Source: Rhizophagus irregularis
Taxonomy: Eukaryota
Assembly (NCBI RefSeq): GCF_026210795.1
Contig: NC_089432.1
Location: 5,394,001-5,458,000, forward strand
Reading direction: 5' to 3'
Length of the DNA: 64,000 nt
Below are positions 25,718 to 39,820 of the stretch, piece after piece. A program made the position numbers and the translations under genes. Position 1 is the stretch's first letter; every line of letters begins with the position of its first letter. The notes beneath the pieces are model-generated. The model was not told the DNA's origin, did no database searches, and saw nothing but the letters and a program-made list of their open reading frames with translations.

Positions 25718-28305
25718 TTTGAACCAAATTATCTTCTATTAGTATAGCACTTATTATTTTATGATAAATTATCTTATTTATTAATATAACAAATATTTCA
25801 TAATATAAATTATATCATATAGTTTTTCTTCAATTAACTAAAACACAAATATTTGAAGTATTGCTAAAACTAGAGAATTTCATAATTTAATTAATACAAA
25901 CAATACACGAAAAAGGCTATTATAAAAAAAGGAGAAAAATAAGATAGTAAAGTGATTAATTAGTTCATAAAAAACAAATTACTAGATAGATAAATTTATG
26001 ACATTTAATTTTAATTATTTCGTAATTAATTATATACATGCAACATTGATTCTATATGGATTATAATTTGGTTTAGATTTTATAATATACTCCATTTTTC
26101 ATTTATAGAGCTAAGGAGAGAAATATAATTTGTTAAACAGTCATTCATATTAAGGCTTTTAAATTATTTCTTTATATTAGATTTTCAACAATCATTACAG
26201 ATTATTATATATACATCTTCTATTAATATTCTATGATATTATATTAAAAAGAATTTCAAATATACACAGTACATATCTTCTTCCAAATAATTTATATCAA
26301 GATTACCAATATCAAGCACAATACTACAATTTCTTCTTCTAATAAACGTGCAAGAAAATTCCCAAGATTCTGTTATGAATGTTGTACCAGCCATCCAGTA
26401 TACAAATTCAAATAAGGGAATTATAGAATAAATAGTAACATATTAATATTATTAAAGATAATAATGGAATAATATATAGTATTTCATTAACAAAATACAG
26501 TAATTATATTATAAAAATGGATAAATATAAAAGAGAAAAATATATTAATTGTGCTATAAAATTAAGATAGCTTAAATATATATTGAAAGTGATAATTTTA
26601 AAATATAATGAAATACTATAATATAATACAAGGAAAAGGTTTAATATTTATTATTGCTCAACATTATATATAGATATATCAAGATTTATGGATTATAGAC
26701 AATCCAAAATTTATTTAAAATGGTCTTTATTAATTCTGAGCAGTCAAAAAATCCATTGATCTTTATACAAATGATGGTCATTTTGAAAGCTGGTAATCAA
26801 AAGATGTTGTATATTAACAATGTGTATTCACTGTTAATAGTATAATAATAAGAAAGGAATGAATTAAAAACATGCAAGTATAGAAAAGAATCAATATGAT
26901 GTTATTTAAATTATAATTTATAGTTTAGGCCACATTTATAATTTCAGCCAAAATTAACCAATTAAGTCATATAATTTATCAAAAGTTTTTATTAACTGAA
27001 AATTGGATTTGGATTTTAATGTATATCTAAAATGTCATTACCTATCACTATGATATACAGTATGATAATATTCTCAATATACTATGACTATACGGTATAA
27101 ATATAAATGATATGGTGACTTTTAGAAAAGATAAAAAACTCTTTGGCAAAAAATGATACTATGATAAGCAAATAACATTTAAATCAATGATTCGATTTAC
27201 TTAACAATTAACATAATATATAATTGCTATATTTACTAAAATTCAGTTGTCTCTGAAAATATTACAAAATAATGAAGGCATTTGGAACGCTATTTATGCG
27301 TATACCATTTGAAACTATTATAGAAAGTATTTATTCTATTAAATAATAGATTATTATCGTATTTTGGTAGATAAAAAATGATATATTTTATATATTCTGC
27401 TTATGTATCTCTTCGTGCTAGTGATTATGTAAATAATGTTTTATAAACCTTAATAAAGAGATGCGTGTTACCAAAAAAAAAAATAATAATAATAATAATA
27501 TTAGGTCAAAATGAAACAAATATCATTTTATCGTTGTATATTCTTACAACTTACTGTATTTCTTTACAAATTACTTTGGATATAGTAAATTACATATTCC
27601 TTTAAGACGAGACAATTTTGAAATATAGACTTAGTCACTTAAGCATTTGCGGATATCAGAATGAGCCTTACTGGTTTCACGCCTTTACGCAGCAGATATC
27701 TTACTCCCATCTTTCGTAATCAAAACATAAAATCCATACAAAGACCTTAGGACACCTTGACATATGCCTCCTTTATCAAAACGCTATAGAGCGATATAGA
27801 TAACCAAATTAAATCCAAATATAAAAATTAGAATATTCTTGGAAATTGATGTGTAACAGTTGGAAACAATTATATTGATCATTACGTTTATTACACCATT
27901 CAGAAAACAATTTAAGCACGATACACTTACTTTTACCTGCTAAAACACCAAACAAAAATATCAAAGGAAAATTTACAGACTTTAAAAGATTTCATTAGTA
28001 TTTAGGGTTGGACAACATGTACCAAATGTAACAGAGCACCGATGTAATAATTTATATATATCGAAAGAGGTGTAGATACTACAGTAAATCAAATAATTTA
28101 TTGGAAAGTAATTTACACTCAAAATAAAGACCTTTTATGACATTAGTCAGAATTTTAAAATTACAACATCTAATATATCATATCTATGAAATTTATTCTT
28201 TAAGTTAAAGAAAACCCAATATTTATACAATTAAATAAAAAAAAATAGTTCGTGCTAAATAGATTTTTATAAATAAAAAAGAAATATACCATATGTTAAT
28301 AAAAT

Positions 28306-31300
28306 TCAATTATTTAATTTTTGAACTTTTGAAACTATATCGAAATCATCTTTAAAAAAAAAATTACGCATTAGATACTTGTTATTCAAGTATTATATAA
28401 AGTAAATTAATATACTTTACCTTGATCTTGAGTTTCGATTTGCGATATTTCGGAAATATCACGCTTCTTTGAGCCACTTTTATAGATTAATAATATTAAT
28501 AATCAATAACAGTAATATATTGAATAAATTAGAAAGAAATATTGATACTACCTTGTGTAAATATCAAGACTCCATTCATTGCTAATATATTCTAAGAAAA
28601 TAAATTAATGTTGGAATTAGTATTTCAAATATTCTATGTCTTTATGATTAACGTACCATCATTGTATTCAAGTAACTTAATATCTAAATAAAAAATTATT
28701 ATTAATTTCAAGTATTGATTATTGATTTGAGTATTAATTATTGATTTAAAATTATTACATACCATTTAATGAACATGTTGAAGATGGATTTAAAATCGAA
28801 TTTAACGATCTACTAGTATAGATAGCGCCGGGATGAGATTTTTCACTAAATTCAGGACCAAGTTGTTCCGATTCTATTAATTCTAATCTTTTATTTTCAG
28901 CTTGTTTGAATTGTTCTACAGAATTATCTTTATAATACCAATTACTAAAACTTTCTGTAATTTCAGATATTAGAGGCCTCTTTGAAGGATCTGGATTCAA
29001 GCACCTCTTCATTAAATTAGCAAAACACTCAGGAGTATCATTCGTGATTTCAGGTTGTTTTCCATCAATAATTTTATAAATAAGATTAATATCATGGTCA
29101 ATATTTGCAAAAGGTTTACAACCTGTTGTTAATTCCCACATAATCATACCCATACTATAAATATCGGATTCTTTTGAAAATTCACTACCCTTAAATATTT
29201 CAGGTGCAATATATGGTATTACTCCATATATTTCATTGTTTGATAAAGTACTATTTGAAGGTTGTGATAATCCCAAATCACAAATCAGCCATGATTGATA
29301 TGATGATGATAAGATATTTCCACTATGAAAATCTCGATGTATAAAATTTTTTTTGTGAATCGCATTAAGTCTGTAATAAAAAAAACAATATATTAATATT
29401 ATAAATGATAAGTATCAATTAATAAACTTAATCATATAAATACTAATCATATAAATACCCTTCTGAAATTTTCCATAAAATATGCAATTTTGTATTCCAT
29501 GTAATATTTCTAAATTTGTTTTGCAAATATTTATGCAAATCCCCACCGTTTGCATATTCCATTATTAGCATATAATCTTTCGTGTTAAGATCTTGTGTAA
29601 TACCATAAACTTTAATAATGTATGCCAGATTAGAACATTGGAGGAATGATTCTACCTAAATATATAAAAGTTATTATGGTTTAATATAATTATAAATATA
29701 TTTGTACAAATATAACATGATTAATAATTACCTCATTTAAAAAACTATTACTATGTATTGTGAATCTGAAAATCTTTTTATAGCAACTTCTTTACCAAAC
29801 CATGTTGCTTTATGGATAGTACCATACCCTCCTTTTGCTACATGCTCTAAATTTGTAATTTGTGAATATGGGACTCTCTTTATTAGTTTGTCTGTTCTGG
29901 AGTTGAGAAAAATTTTTCTGACAAATTATATACATATTTTGGGTTAAAATTATTGTCAATGCTATTCATATAATTGGCAATCTCACTTTTGGAATTATTG
30001 TCAATACTTCGTATATCATAAGTAACTTCATTCACATTAATGTCAATCTTATTAATAAACATTACTCTTCTGCATTTTCTGCATAGAGATTGTTCCGTAA
30101 TTCCAAAAATAATATTTGTTGTTAAGCAATTTCTACATCCCATATAAATTGTGAAGCAAGATAAACACCATTTTTGACAATCAGATTTAGATTCTAATGA
30201 TTGATCACAAGAAATACATTTATTGGAAGCATCCCACCAAGGTAAATAAAGAATTGGAATTGCTTTTTTGGTTAAAGTTGATTCTATCCATCCAGAAGAA
30301 ACTTGATAACAATCTGAGCACAACTTAAATTCAATACTAGTAGTATCTGATGAAATCTGCTGATTGACTAAATTTCCACATAAATTACAAGATAATAATT
30401 CACTTATTATATGATAATATTTACTATATAATGTATCATCATAATACATATGATTTGTAACCATTTGATTAAAATATAACATTTCAGAGCAACTCTTGCG
30501 CCATTCTTGAATATTTTGTGTACAAAAATCCTTGTTTATTGGTTCATGTCTATCACATTGAATATTATCTGCTATACTTATAAGCACATCCAAATCGTTA
30601 TTAAAAGTATATTTAATATATAAGAATAAACAATGACTGCAATATTTTTGTTTAAATAAAGGTGTTATAGAATATTTCCTTTTACAATAATAACATGTTT
30701 CTTCATTATTATTAAAAGGAATAAATATAATTGGTATTGATGGAATGATAATATTTTCATCATTATTTAAATTACTAATTTGTGGATATAAAACCAAATC
30801 TTTTAATGTTTTTGAAGGAATATAAAGTTTGTTTATGAAATTATATACTTCTAATGGATTAGAATTCTTATTAGCATAGTCCATATAATTGGCAATTTGA
30901 TTGTAACAATTAGTTTTGATTTTCTTAACAAAAATTTCTTCTTCAGCATTTATAATATTAATAGTAATAGATAATATTCCATTGCATTTTTTACATTGGG
31001 ACTGGTTTGTAATTCCAAAAATAATATTTGTTGTTAAACAATAACTACATCCGATGTAAGTTATATAGCAAGACAAACAACATTTATAATAACCAGATTT
31101 AGATTCTAAGAATTGATCACAATAAATGCATTGATTAGAAGCATCCCACCAAGGTAAATAAAGGATTGGAATTGCTTTTTTGGTCAAAGTTGATTCTATC
31201 CATCCAGAAGAAACTTGATAACAATCTGAGCACAACTTAAATTCAATACTAGTATTTGATAAAATCTGTCCATTAACTAATTTTCCACATAAATTACAAT

Positions 31301-33518
31301 ATATTTCACTTTCGTTAAATCCTCTATATATTTTATCATACTTATGATTTGTAACTATTTGATTAAAATATAAAATTTCAGAGCAACTGTTGCACCATTC
31401 CTGAACATTTTGTGTACAAAAATTCTTATCTTTTGATTCATGTCTACCACATTCTGTAAAATAATATTGGCTTATCAGTGCACCCAAATTGTTATTAGAA
31501 GTGTATTTAATATATAAGAATAAACAATGCCTGCAATATTTTTGTTTAAATAAAATAGTTGTAGAATATTTCCTTTTACAATAATAACATGTTTCTTCAT
31601 TATTATTAAAAGGAATAAATATACCAATTGGTATTGATGGAATGGTAATATTTTCATCATTTTCTAAATAACTAATTTTTGAATATAAAACCAAATCTTT
31701 TAATATTTTTGAAGGAATACAAAGTTTATTTATGAAATTATATACTTCTAATGGATTAGAATTCTTATTAGCAAAGTCCATATAATTGGCAATTTGATTG
31801 TAACAATTAGTTTTGATTTTCTTAACAAAAATTTCTTCTTCAGCATTTATAATATTAATAGTGATAGATAATATTATATTGCATTTTTTACATTGGGACT
31901 GGTTTGTAATTCCAAAAATAATATTTGTTGTTAAACAATACCTACATCCGATGTAAGTTATATAGCAAAACAAACAACATTTATAATAATTAGATTTAGA
32001 TTCTAAGAATTGATCACAATAAATGCATTGATTAGAAGCGTCCCACCAAGGTAAATAAAGAATTGGAATTGATTTTTTGGTTAAAGTTGATTCTATCCAT
32101 CCAGAAGAAACTTGATAACAATCTGAGCACAACTTAAATTCAGTACTACTAGTATTTGATAAAATCTGTCCATTAACCAATTTTCCACATAAATTACAAT
32201 ATATTTCACTTTTGTTAATGTTAAATTGTTTTCTCATGTGATAATCTAGTTTACCATACTTATGATTTGTAACTATTTGTTTAAAATATAAAATTTCAGA
32301 GCAACTGTTGCACCATTCCTGAACATTTTGTGTACAAAAATTCTCATTTCTTGGTTCATGTCTACCACATTGTTTATAATAATTTTTGCCTATAAGTGCA
32401 CCCAAATTGTTATTAGAAGTGTATTTAATATATAAGAATAAACAATGCCTGCAATATTTTTGTTTAAATGAAATAGTTGTAGAATATTTCCTTTTACAAT
32501 AATAACATGTTTCTTCATTATTATTAAAAGGAATAAATATACCAATTGGTATTGATGGAATGGTAATATTTTCATCATTTTCTAAATAACTAATTTTTAA
32601 ATATAAAACCAAATCTTTTAATATTTTTGAAGGAATACAAAGTTTATTTATGAAATTATATACTTCTAATGGATTAGAATTCTTATTAGCATAGTCCATA
32701 TAATTGGCAATTTGATTGTAACAATTAGTTTTGATTTTCTTAACAAAAATTTCTTCTTCAGCATTTATAATATTAATAGTGATAGATAATATTATATTGC
32801 ATTTTTTACATTGGGACTGGTTTGTAATTCCAAAAATAATATTTGTTGTTAAACAATACCTACATCCGATGTAAGTTATATAGCAAGACAAACAACATTT
32901 ATAATAACTAGATTTAGATTCTAAGGATTGATCACAATAAATGCATTGATCAGAGGCATCCCACCAAGGTAAATAAAGAATTGGAATTGCTTTTTTGGTC
33001 AAAGTTGATTCTATCCATCCAGAAGAAACTTGACAACAATCTGAGCACAACTTAAATTCAATACTAGCATTTGATAAAATTTGTCCATTAACTAATTGTC
33101 CACATAAATTACAATATATTCCACTATTGTTGAATTTTATACTTTTCAAATAATCTAATTTATCATACTTATGATTTGTAACTATTTGACTAAAATATAA
33201 AATTTTGGAGCAACTATTGCACCATTTTTGAATATCTTGTCCACGAAAATTCAAGTATTTTGGTTCATGTTTTATACACAGAGTAATATTTGTTGTTGTA
33301 TGTACATCTATGTTCATAATAGCTGTATTGTTGATATACATTAATAAGCAATTCTTGCAATATTTTTGACGAAAATAAATTGTTCTGAAGTAACCATATC
33401 TACAATAACTGCAATAACTATCACGATTATTAAAAGGAATAAACTGAATCGGTTCAGCACTGGATTTCAATCTTGACGTTGGATTAAAAGAGTTTTCATT
33501 ATAAGTTCTAAGCTCCAT
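28306..33518 (-). CDS. Tyrosine-kinase-like kinase with four tandem ~300-aa Cys-rich repeats; two 1-nt frameshifts at the repeat/kinase junction
   Basis: The 1211-aa ORF 29883-33518 continues, after restoring one base near 29923, as YNFVRKIFLNSRTDKLIKRVPYSQITNLEHVAKGGYGTIHKATW…VAIK; a second missing base lies near 29751. Later exons give MEYANGGDL, IHRDFHSGNIL, CDLGLS, YIAPE, SDIYSMG, RP. The small 3' exons ending near 28306 are less certain. Confidence 0.8.
30000..33460 (-). repeat. Four in-frame tandem repeats of ~0.9 kb inside the kinase N-terminus
   Basis: The LYLPWWDAS anchor recurs at plus-strand 30241, 31153, 32050 and 32968: spacings 912, 897, 918 nt (304, 299, 306 aa). Confidence 0.95.
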
Positions 33519-36399
33519 TTTGTTATATTTAAGTTTTAAAAATAAATTAGAAAAAAAAGCTAAATTGAATATAATAATATTTCACCTGGAATCAGCTTTT
33601 ATACATTAAATTTATTAAAAATTCAGTAACGGTCGATCTGCAGAATTTTCTATGCATTATGCAAATCAGCCGCTTTCATGATTAATACTTATTACGCCTT
33701 TTTACCAAAATAATATAAATAGCGTTTATTTACTTAATTTGTACATAAAACAAAGACCTGTCGACACGCATGTGGTGTTGTAGTTCCTACACAAAAATTT
33801 TGCTTTATTTTGTTTTTATTTAATCATACGTCCATTTCTTGATCACCGCAGTCCGGATATGCCGATCATTTGTCGATCACATTTTTTTTTAACAAAATAC
33901 ATCAATAAAAGTATGTTATATATATGTGATGATATGGAGTGTCGGATAAAAATTGATAGGCGAAGGTGAATACGCATGTGCGAGCACAATTTTACATATT
34001 GTTAAATATCTCACTACCTAGTGATCCAAAAAGTTGAAACACAGCTCATTCGATTCGTCTCGACGAGTCGAATGGTTGTAGTTTCGCACTCCTGTGCATG
34101 ATAGATGGCGAACATGCCGAACAAAACTTAATTTTGCATAAGTATTCCCTATATTATAAACAATCTATAGTAAAAATAATACAGTAATTCAATAATACAG
34201 ATTTTTCAAAATATGAAATTATTAAGTTGTACCATAAAATTTAATAAATTAATGCCACAAATTAATATACAAATTGTGACACAAAATTTATTAAATTAAT
34301 TCCATTAAATTTCTAAATTGTGCTACAAAATTACGAAATTTAATAAATTTTTTGCTGCGAAATTAATGATATGGTATTTAATAAATAATGCTAATCACTA
34401 TTAAGATCAGAAAATTAGTTTCCATTAATATAAAAAATAGACACCTTTTCAACATCAATAAATGATCCTGTAAATGATCGGCAATTTCATGATGATATAG
34501 AGATGTCCACCCTGTTGCAATAACCGAAATAGCCGAACTAAATATTATATGTTAATATTAAGCTCTAAAATCTGAAAAGATATTTCTTTATATTGCCTAA
34601 TCTGTTCAATTTTTTTAAAAAAATTTTTTTCTATTGGTAAAACAAAGGCAAAAGAGTTGCACCGAAGAATTTTCTACGCATTATGCAAATCAGCCACAAC
34701 GAATAATAGGAAAGATCAAAAAAGGGCATGAAAAGTCAAAAAAAAAAATAATAATAATAGAATGAAAAAAGGAAATAGTTAAATTCCGATTAATTCCGGT
34801 ATTCCGGTTTAAATGTAGATCGATGGAAATTTCTCGATTGATGTTAGGTAATCACGAAGTTAGATAGTACAAGCCAAGATTTAGAAAAAAACTGGGAACG
34901 TTATTAATTAATAAAAGGAATATACTAAGTGCTAATGTTAAGGACAATGCTTGAGAACAATGACGAAAGAAATTAGAGAAAATATAAACTTTGTTATATT
35001 TATTAAAATTAGTAATCATTGTTAGATAATAAAATAATTTGATAATCTATATATCCTATTGAAAAGATCGTAACGAGATTGACAAGTGAAGACGGACCGG
35101 AGAAAGCATGGAGAGCGAGAAATCCATAAGAACATTTGCATTAACTAATCACATTAGTTAGTCACAAATATTTTGAATTTAATTCATTCTCTTTTGTTAT
35201 AGATTTATATTGTGTAGTGGACATAAGATATTGCCACAATTATAGTGAAATCACAGAAAATTTTGGTAAATAGAGAGGTATGTAATTAATTATACATATA
35301 ATGTATTTCTTTCCTTTTGTCCCGTATTATGTCTTTGTAGCATAATAAACTTAATCATAATACAAAGCAAAAGACATTTCTTTAGTTAATTAATTAAATG
35401 GATAAATACATATGGATAAATTAAAATTATATGATTATTAGTAACTAGAATGAAATGATAATTTAATTTCTACGGTTTATGATAAATAATTGGCCTTTTC
35501 TATACGCGATCTACCAAAATTAAAAACAAAAATTTCAAAAATGAAACATATAACACCTTATACTAGCACGCTACGAAATACAAGATAAACTAAACATTAA
35601 AAAGTGTTTCGTTAAAAAAAAACGAAAAGCAAAATTTGAAAGTCATACTTTTGAAGTGGCAGCGCTCCCAAAACCTAAAAGAGAAAACTGCTAAAAACAC
35701 TCGCTAGTTAAAATTCTTAGATTAAGAATAAAGTTACTACTTACTGAAAACCAATTTCCGAAGTAGTTCAAAAGTTAAAGAATTGGCCTTTAAATGAGGA
35801 GTAACTGAAGTGTGGATAAAAGTGAATTAACCGAAGCAAAAACTTATCAAGCGTTAATGGAAGTAAAGTTATAAAGAGAAAAAACGTCTCAAAGAATGAA
35901 AATTTAAGCGACAGATTGCCAAATTAAAGGATAGCCGATAGCGATAAATATTAAACGATGTTTTCGCATATTTTTAAACTACACCACATAATTAGTGAAA
36001 TGTTAATGTTTCAAAAATCAGAATATTACTTTTGAAATTCCGTTAAAAACCATCAAGAAACAGTTTTTAAACTTATAATATAATTTATTAATATCAAATT
36101 TTCATTAATATAAAAAATTCTGGTAATATGTTTTTTCCACTATGAAATTCCTTATGAAAATATCCTAATACATATAAATTTTTAAAAAATAACATAAATA
36201 TTCTAAAATAAAATGTCACTAAAGAAACAAAATCTTAAATTACATAATCGTTATAATTTTTTTTTAATTCCATAAAATTTAAATAGAACTATCAAATTCC
36301 AATATGTTTTAAGTAAGCTATTATTAAAATAAAATATTAATTAAAATTTAATTTTTAAAATAAATAATACAAAATAAAAAACAAATATATATAAAAAAT

Positions 36400-36731
36400 A
36401 TACCTTATCGTTCGTTATAAAATAATCAACTGAAATATTATGAGATCCATTGAAACCTTTTCAAAACAAATTTCATGGGTTCGAATACTCTTCTTTTCAA
36501 ACTTTCATCATGTTGTTTAATATAATTTGCTTTACCATCAATCCATGTTTCTGAATATGCTTTGACAATTCCGCCTTCACCAATTTGTTTTATATCTTCA
36601 AATCTATCAAATGGTATCGATTCAAGAAATTTATCGTAAATTATATTTTTAATATAATTATTTTTACTGGTCCTTTCTTTTATTATGTAATATTTTTCAT
36701 TTAATAATATTTCAGTTGAGGACTTGTCCAT
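36400..36731 (-). pseudogene. Kinase N-lobe fragment
   Basis: FLESIPFDRFEDIKQIGEGGIVKAYSETWIDG…VLKR; no downstream kinase exons found. Confidence 0.7.
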
Positions 36732-39700
36732 ATTTATTTTTTTTTTTTTTTTTTTTTACATTTTCGGTTGGAAAAAAATTTTTATCGATTTTTTTTTTTA
36801 ATTTCTTTTTTTTTCTTTCTAATCAATAAGGATAAAAGGGGAAATAACATTCCAAAATTAGAATTTAGTAGATTTTTATGGAATAAATAAATAAGGTTGA
36901 TCCGGATAAAACGGAGTTACTGATCCTGATCGACAATAATTCGGGGCTTAACAAATGCCGGTAAATCCTAATTTTGTGTCACCTGAAATATCATTTTACC
37001 TCGAAATTGCTACAAAATAATCAAATAATTATTTAATTCACCGAAAAAAACTCTTTTACCTAACTTTGTAAAAGAAGTATTTTATAATGTCACCAAGAAG
37101 AAATATTCTTCGTTCGCGTTACTGTATACACAAAAAAAATTATTAAAATAACAATTTAATTTATTTAAAGTTCACGGATAAGGATATTAATTTAGTTAAA
37201 ATTATTAAACTTGCTAGTTGTTTATACTTGAATTATGAATTACAATAGGTAACAATATTTGTTAAGATTTCGTAACGTTGGCTGATGCATAAGATTTTAT
37301 TGTAATCACATGATGATCAAAATTTGAGCACATGATATCAATTTTCAAATTGTAACGTAAGCATATTGTATATTTGATATTTTGACGTGAGTTTTATACT
37401 TAAACTTTCTGAAAACCTCGCTAACCAAAACAGACTTTATCAAAAAGAATATCATGTCCTTCATACTTCGTAACGATCTTTTTGAATTTTGTCACAAATT
37501 TTTATTCATCTTTAAAAGTTAATTAAAGGACAAACCTGCGAAATAATGACCTTCTAATTTAGTTATTAGGAGATTTTGATAGCTTTCTTTGTACAGCTTA
37601 CACTCAGTTTAATGTAATTTCTGCCTTCTCATTCAACATACATAATTCTATTAATTCTTGTAGTTAGAAATGTAAATTTACGACTATATTTTCCGACTGT
37701 ATAAATTATATTTATTATGGTATAGTACCGTGGCTTTTTATAGTATATAATTGAGTTATGATTTGTTTGCCATATTTTCGAAAAAAAAACTAAAGGTAAA
37801 TTTGGAAAAATTATAAATTCATTGACATATTAATCCGATTGAAATTAATTTAATTTTACTTATAGGCCGAGAATGGAATTTTGAGTAAATCGTGTTTACT
37901 CAAAATAGGATATAATATAGTTGCTGTTAAAACATTAAGCATTGACCGATTGACGTTAAAAGAATACATTATATTTAGTTAGCATGATTTTCAAATAAGC
38001 AAATTATTATAATGTATATTTTTTATTTTAATAAAATTCATATCACATAACATAATCGCGATTTTGTGTTGCACAAAAGTAGTTATTTTCATTTTATTGA
38101 CGTCAATTTAATTGCGTATACTAGTGATTTTGAAACTTGATGAGATGATCCTATTCTTGTTATCAAATTAATTAAATTTGTAATACATGTAGTAACTTTA
38201 TTTGTTACTTTATTTGTTATTTAAATATATATGATATTGGAAAAATATTTATTATGTTCGTTCTCATACACGATATTTTTTTTTTTTTACAATGAAATTT
38301 TGTTTTAGAAATAATTTTTGATTAAATTTAACGTTATTATTAATAATTAAACTTTTTATATATAATCAATCAGGCTCTGTAAAAGACAACTGTAGTCGTG
38401 AAACCAAAAATAAAAAAAAATTATGATCGTACGAAAGTTTACGTTACAACACTTTTATACAGTAAAAACAACTATTAGGCCGTTATATATATTATACAAA
38501 AAAAGAGTAAAGTTTTTTTTTAAAAAAAAAGAAAATTACAGTTTTATTTTCTCTTAATATTCTCTTCCTTTTTTTTTTATTGCATCATCTTTATCAATTT
38601 CATTTCTCATGTACGTTTAAATCACGAGGTTGATACAAAAATCACGTAAATCATTCCTTTTTAGTTAATGCCGGGTTGAAATCTATTACTTTTCTTGGAC
38701 ACTAACCGAAATCATCATAATTGTGGCCCGAAAAAGCACGTACAGCAGTCGTACAGCTAATGGTAAAGCTACCTTCTGACTTTTTATATACATTTCGGGG
38801 TCCTTCTTTAATATCAAAATAATTACTGTTAGAATATAATCTTTCAAACTAGTATATCTCTACACAAACAACATAAAAGCTAATTACTGTGTTTCCAATT
38901 TTTTATAAAAAGATTTATAATAAAATTCCAAAAAAATAGCTTATTTACACTCATCTTTCTTTTCCATACCAGATTGCGAGTGGATGGGTTTAAAAATGTA
39001 ATCAATATTAGTTCGATTTATACCTGACTTTTATCCTGGTATTCAAATATACTATTATAAAAATGTAGATAAATTAATTAATTATTATTGACATTCTGTT
39101 ATTAAATAATTGATCTAATTGATCTGAATTGATATTATAAAAAAAAATAAAAATATATTTGTGAAAATAATTTCTTTCACAATAAATTATTAATTAAATC
39201 GAATTATTATTTTGTTTCATCATATTACTTTTATGAAAAGAACAAAATATCTCTAAAAAATTGAAGGATTAAAATTCACAAGTTTACAAATTCAAGAATT
39301 ATTGTATCATGAATCTTTATGATAACGAGTAATAATCAATCACGAAATTCTTGTAGTAAACCTAAAAAATAAATTTATGATTGTATGTGATTTATTACTA
39401 ATTTAGTAATATATTTATAAGATACACGTTTAAAAATTATGATTCTAGACATCGATATCAAACATATAGTAAATAGGACCCGAAGTATACTTAAAAAGGT
39501 CAGGCTCGAATTTGCGTAGAGCCAACCAAGAAAAAATCATGAAAACCTTTCCTTTTATAGATAATTGATGGAAAACTATTACTTTTTTGGGAACAGACCG
39601 AAATTATCATCTAGAAAAAGTTTTACATATATACATCATTATACATTGAACTATTGAGTCACGTTTGTGTAGCAGACACAAATTCCTATGTAAAACTGAA

Positions 39701-39820
39701 GTCATGTAAAATAATATGATGTAATAGTCAAATTAGTGACTCTCTCTCTCTATAAATATTACTTTTTTCTCCCTTTTAGATTCTCTTTTATTTCTAAAAA
39801 AAAAAAAAAAAAAAAAAAAA

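Noticed and set aside
24800..26900. Possible highly decayed coding or transposase relics
   Set aside because: Many stops in the frames I examined and no motif I can assign.
35540..35970. Possible minus-strand non-LTR 3' UTR fragment
   Set aside because: Compositional resemblance only; no clear tail or TSD.
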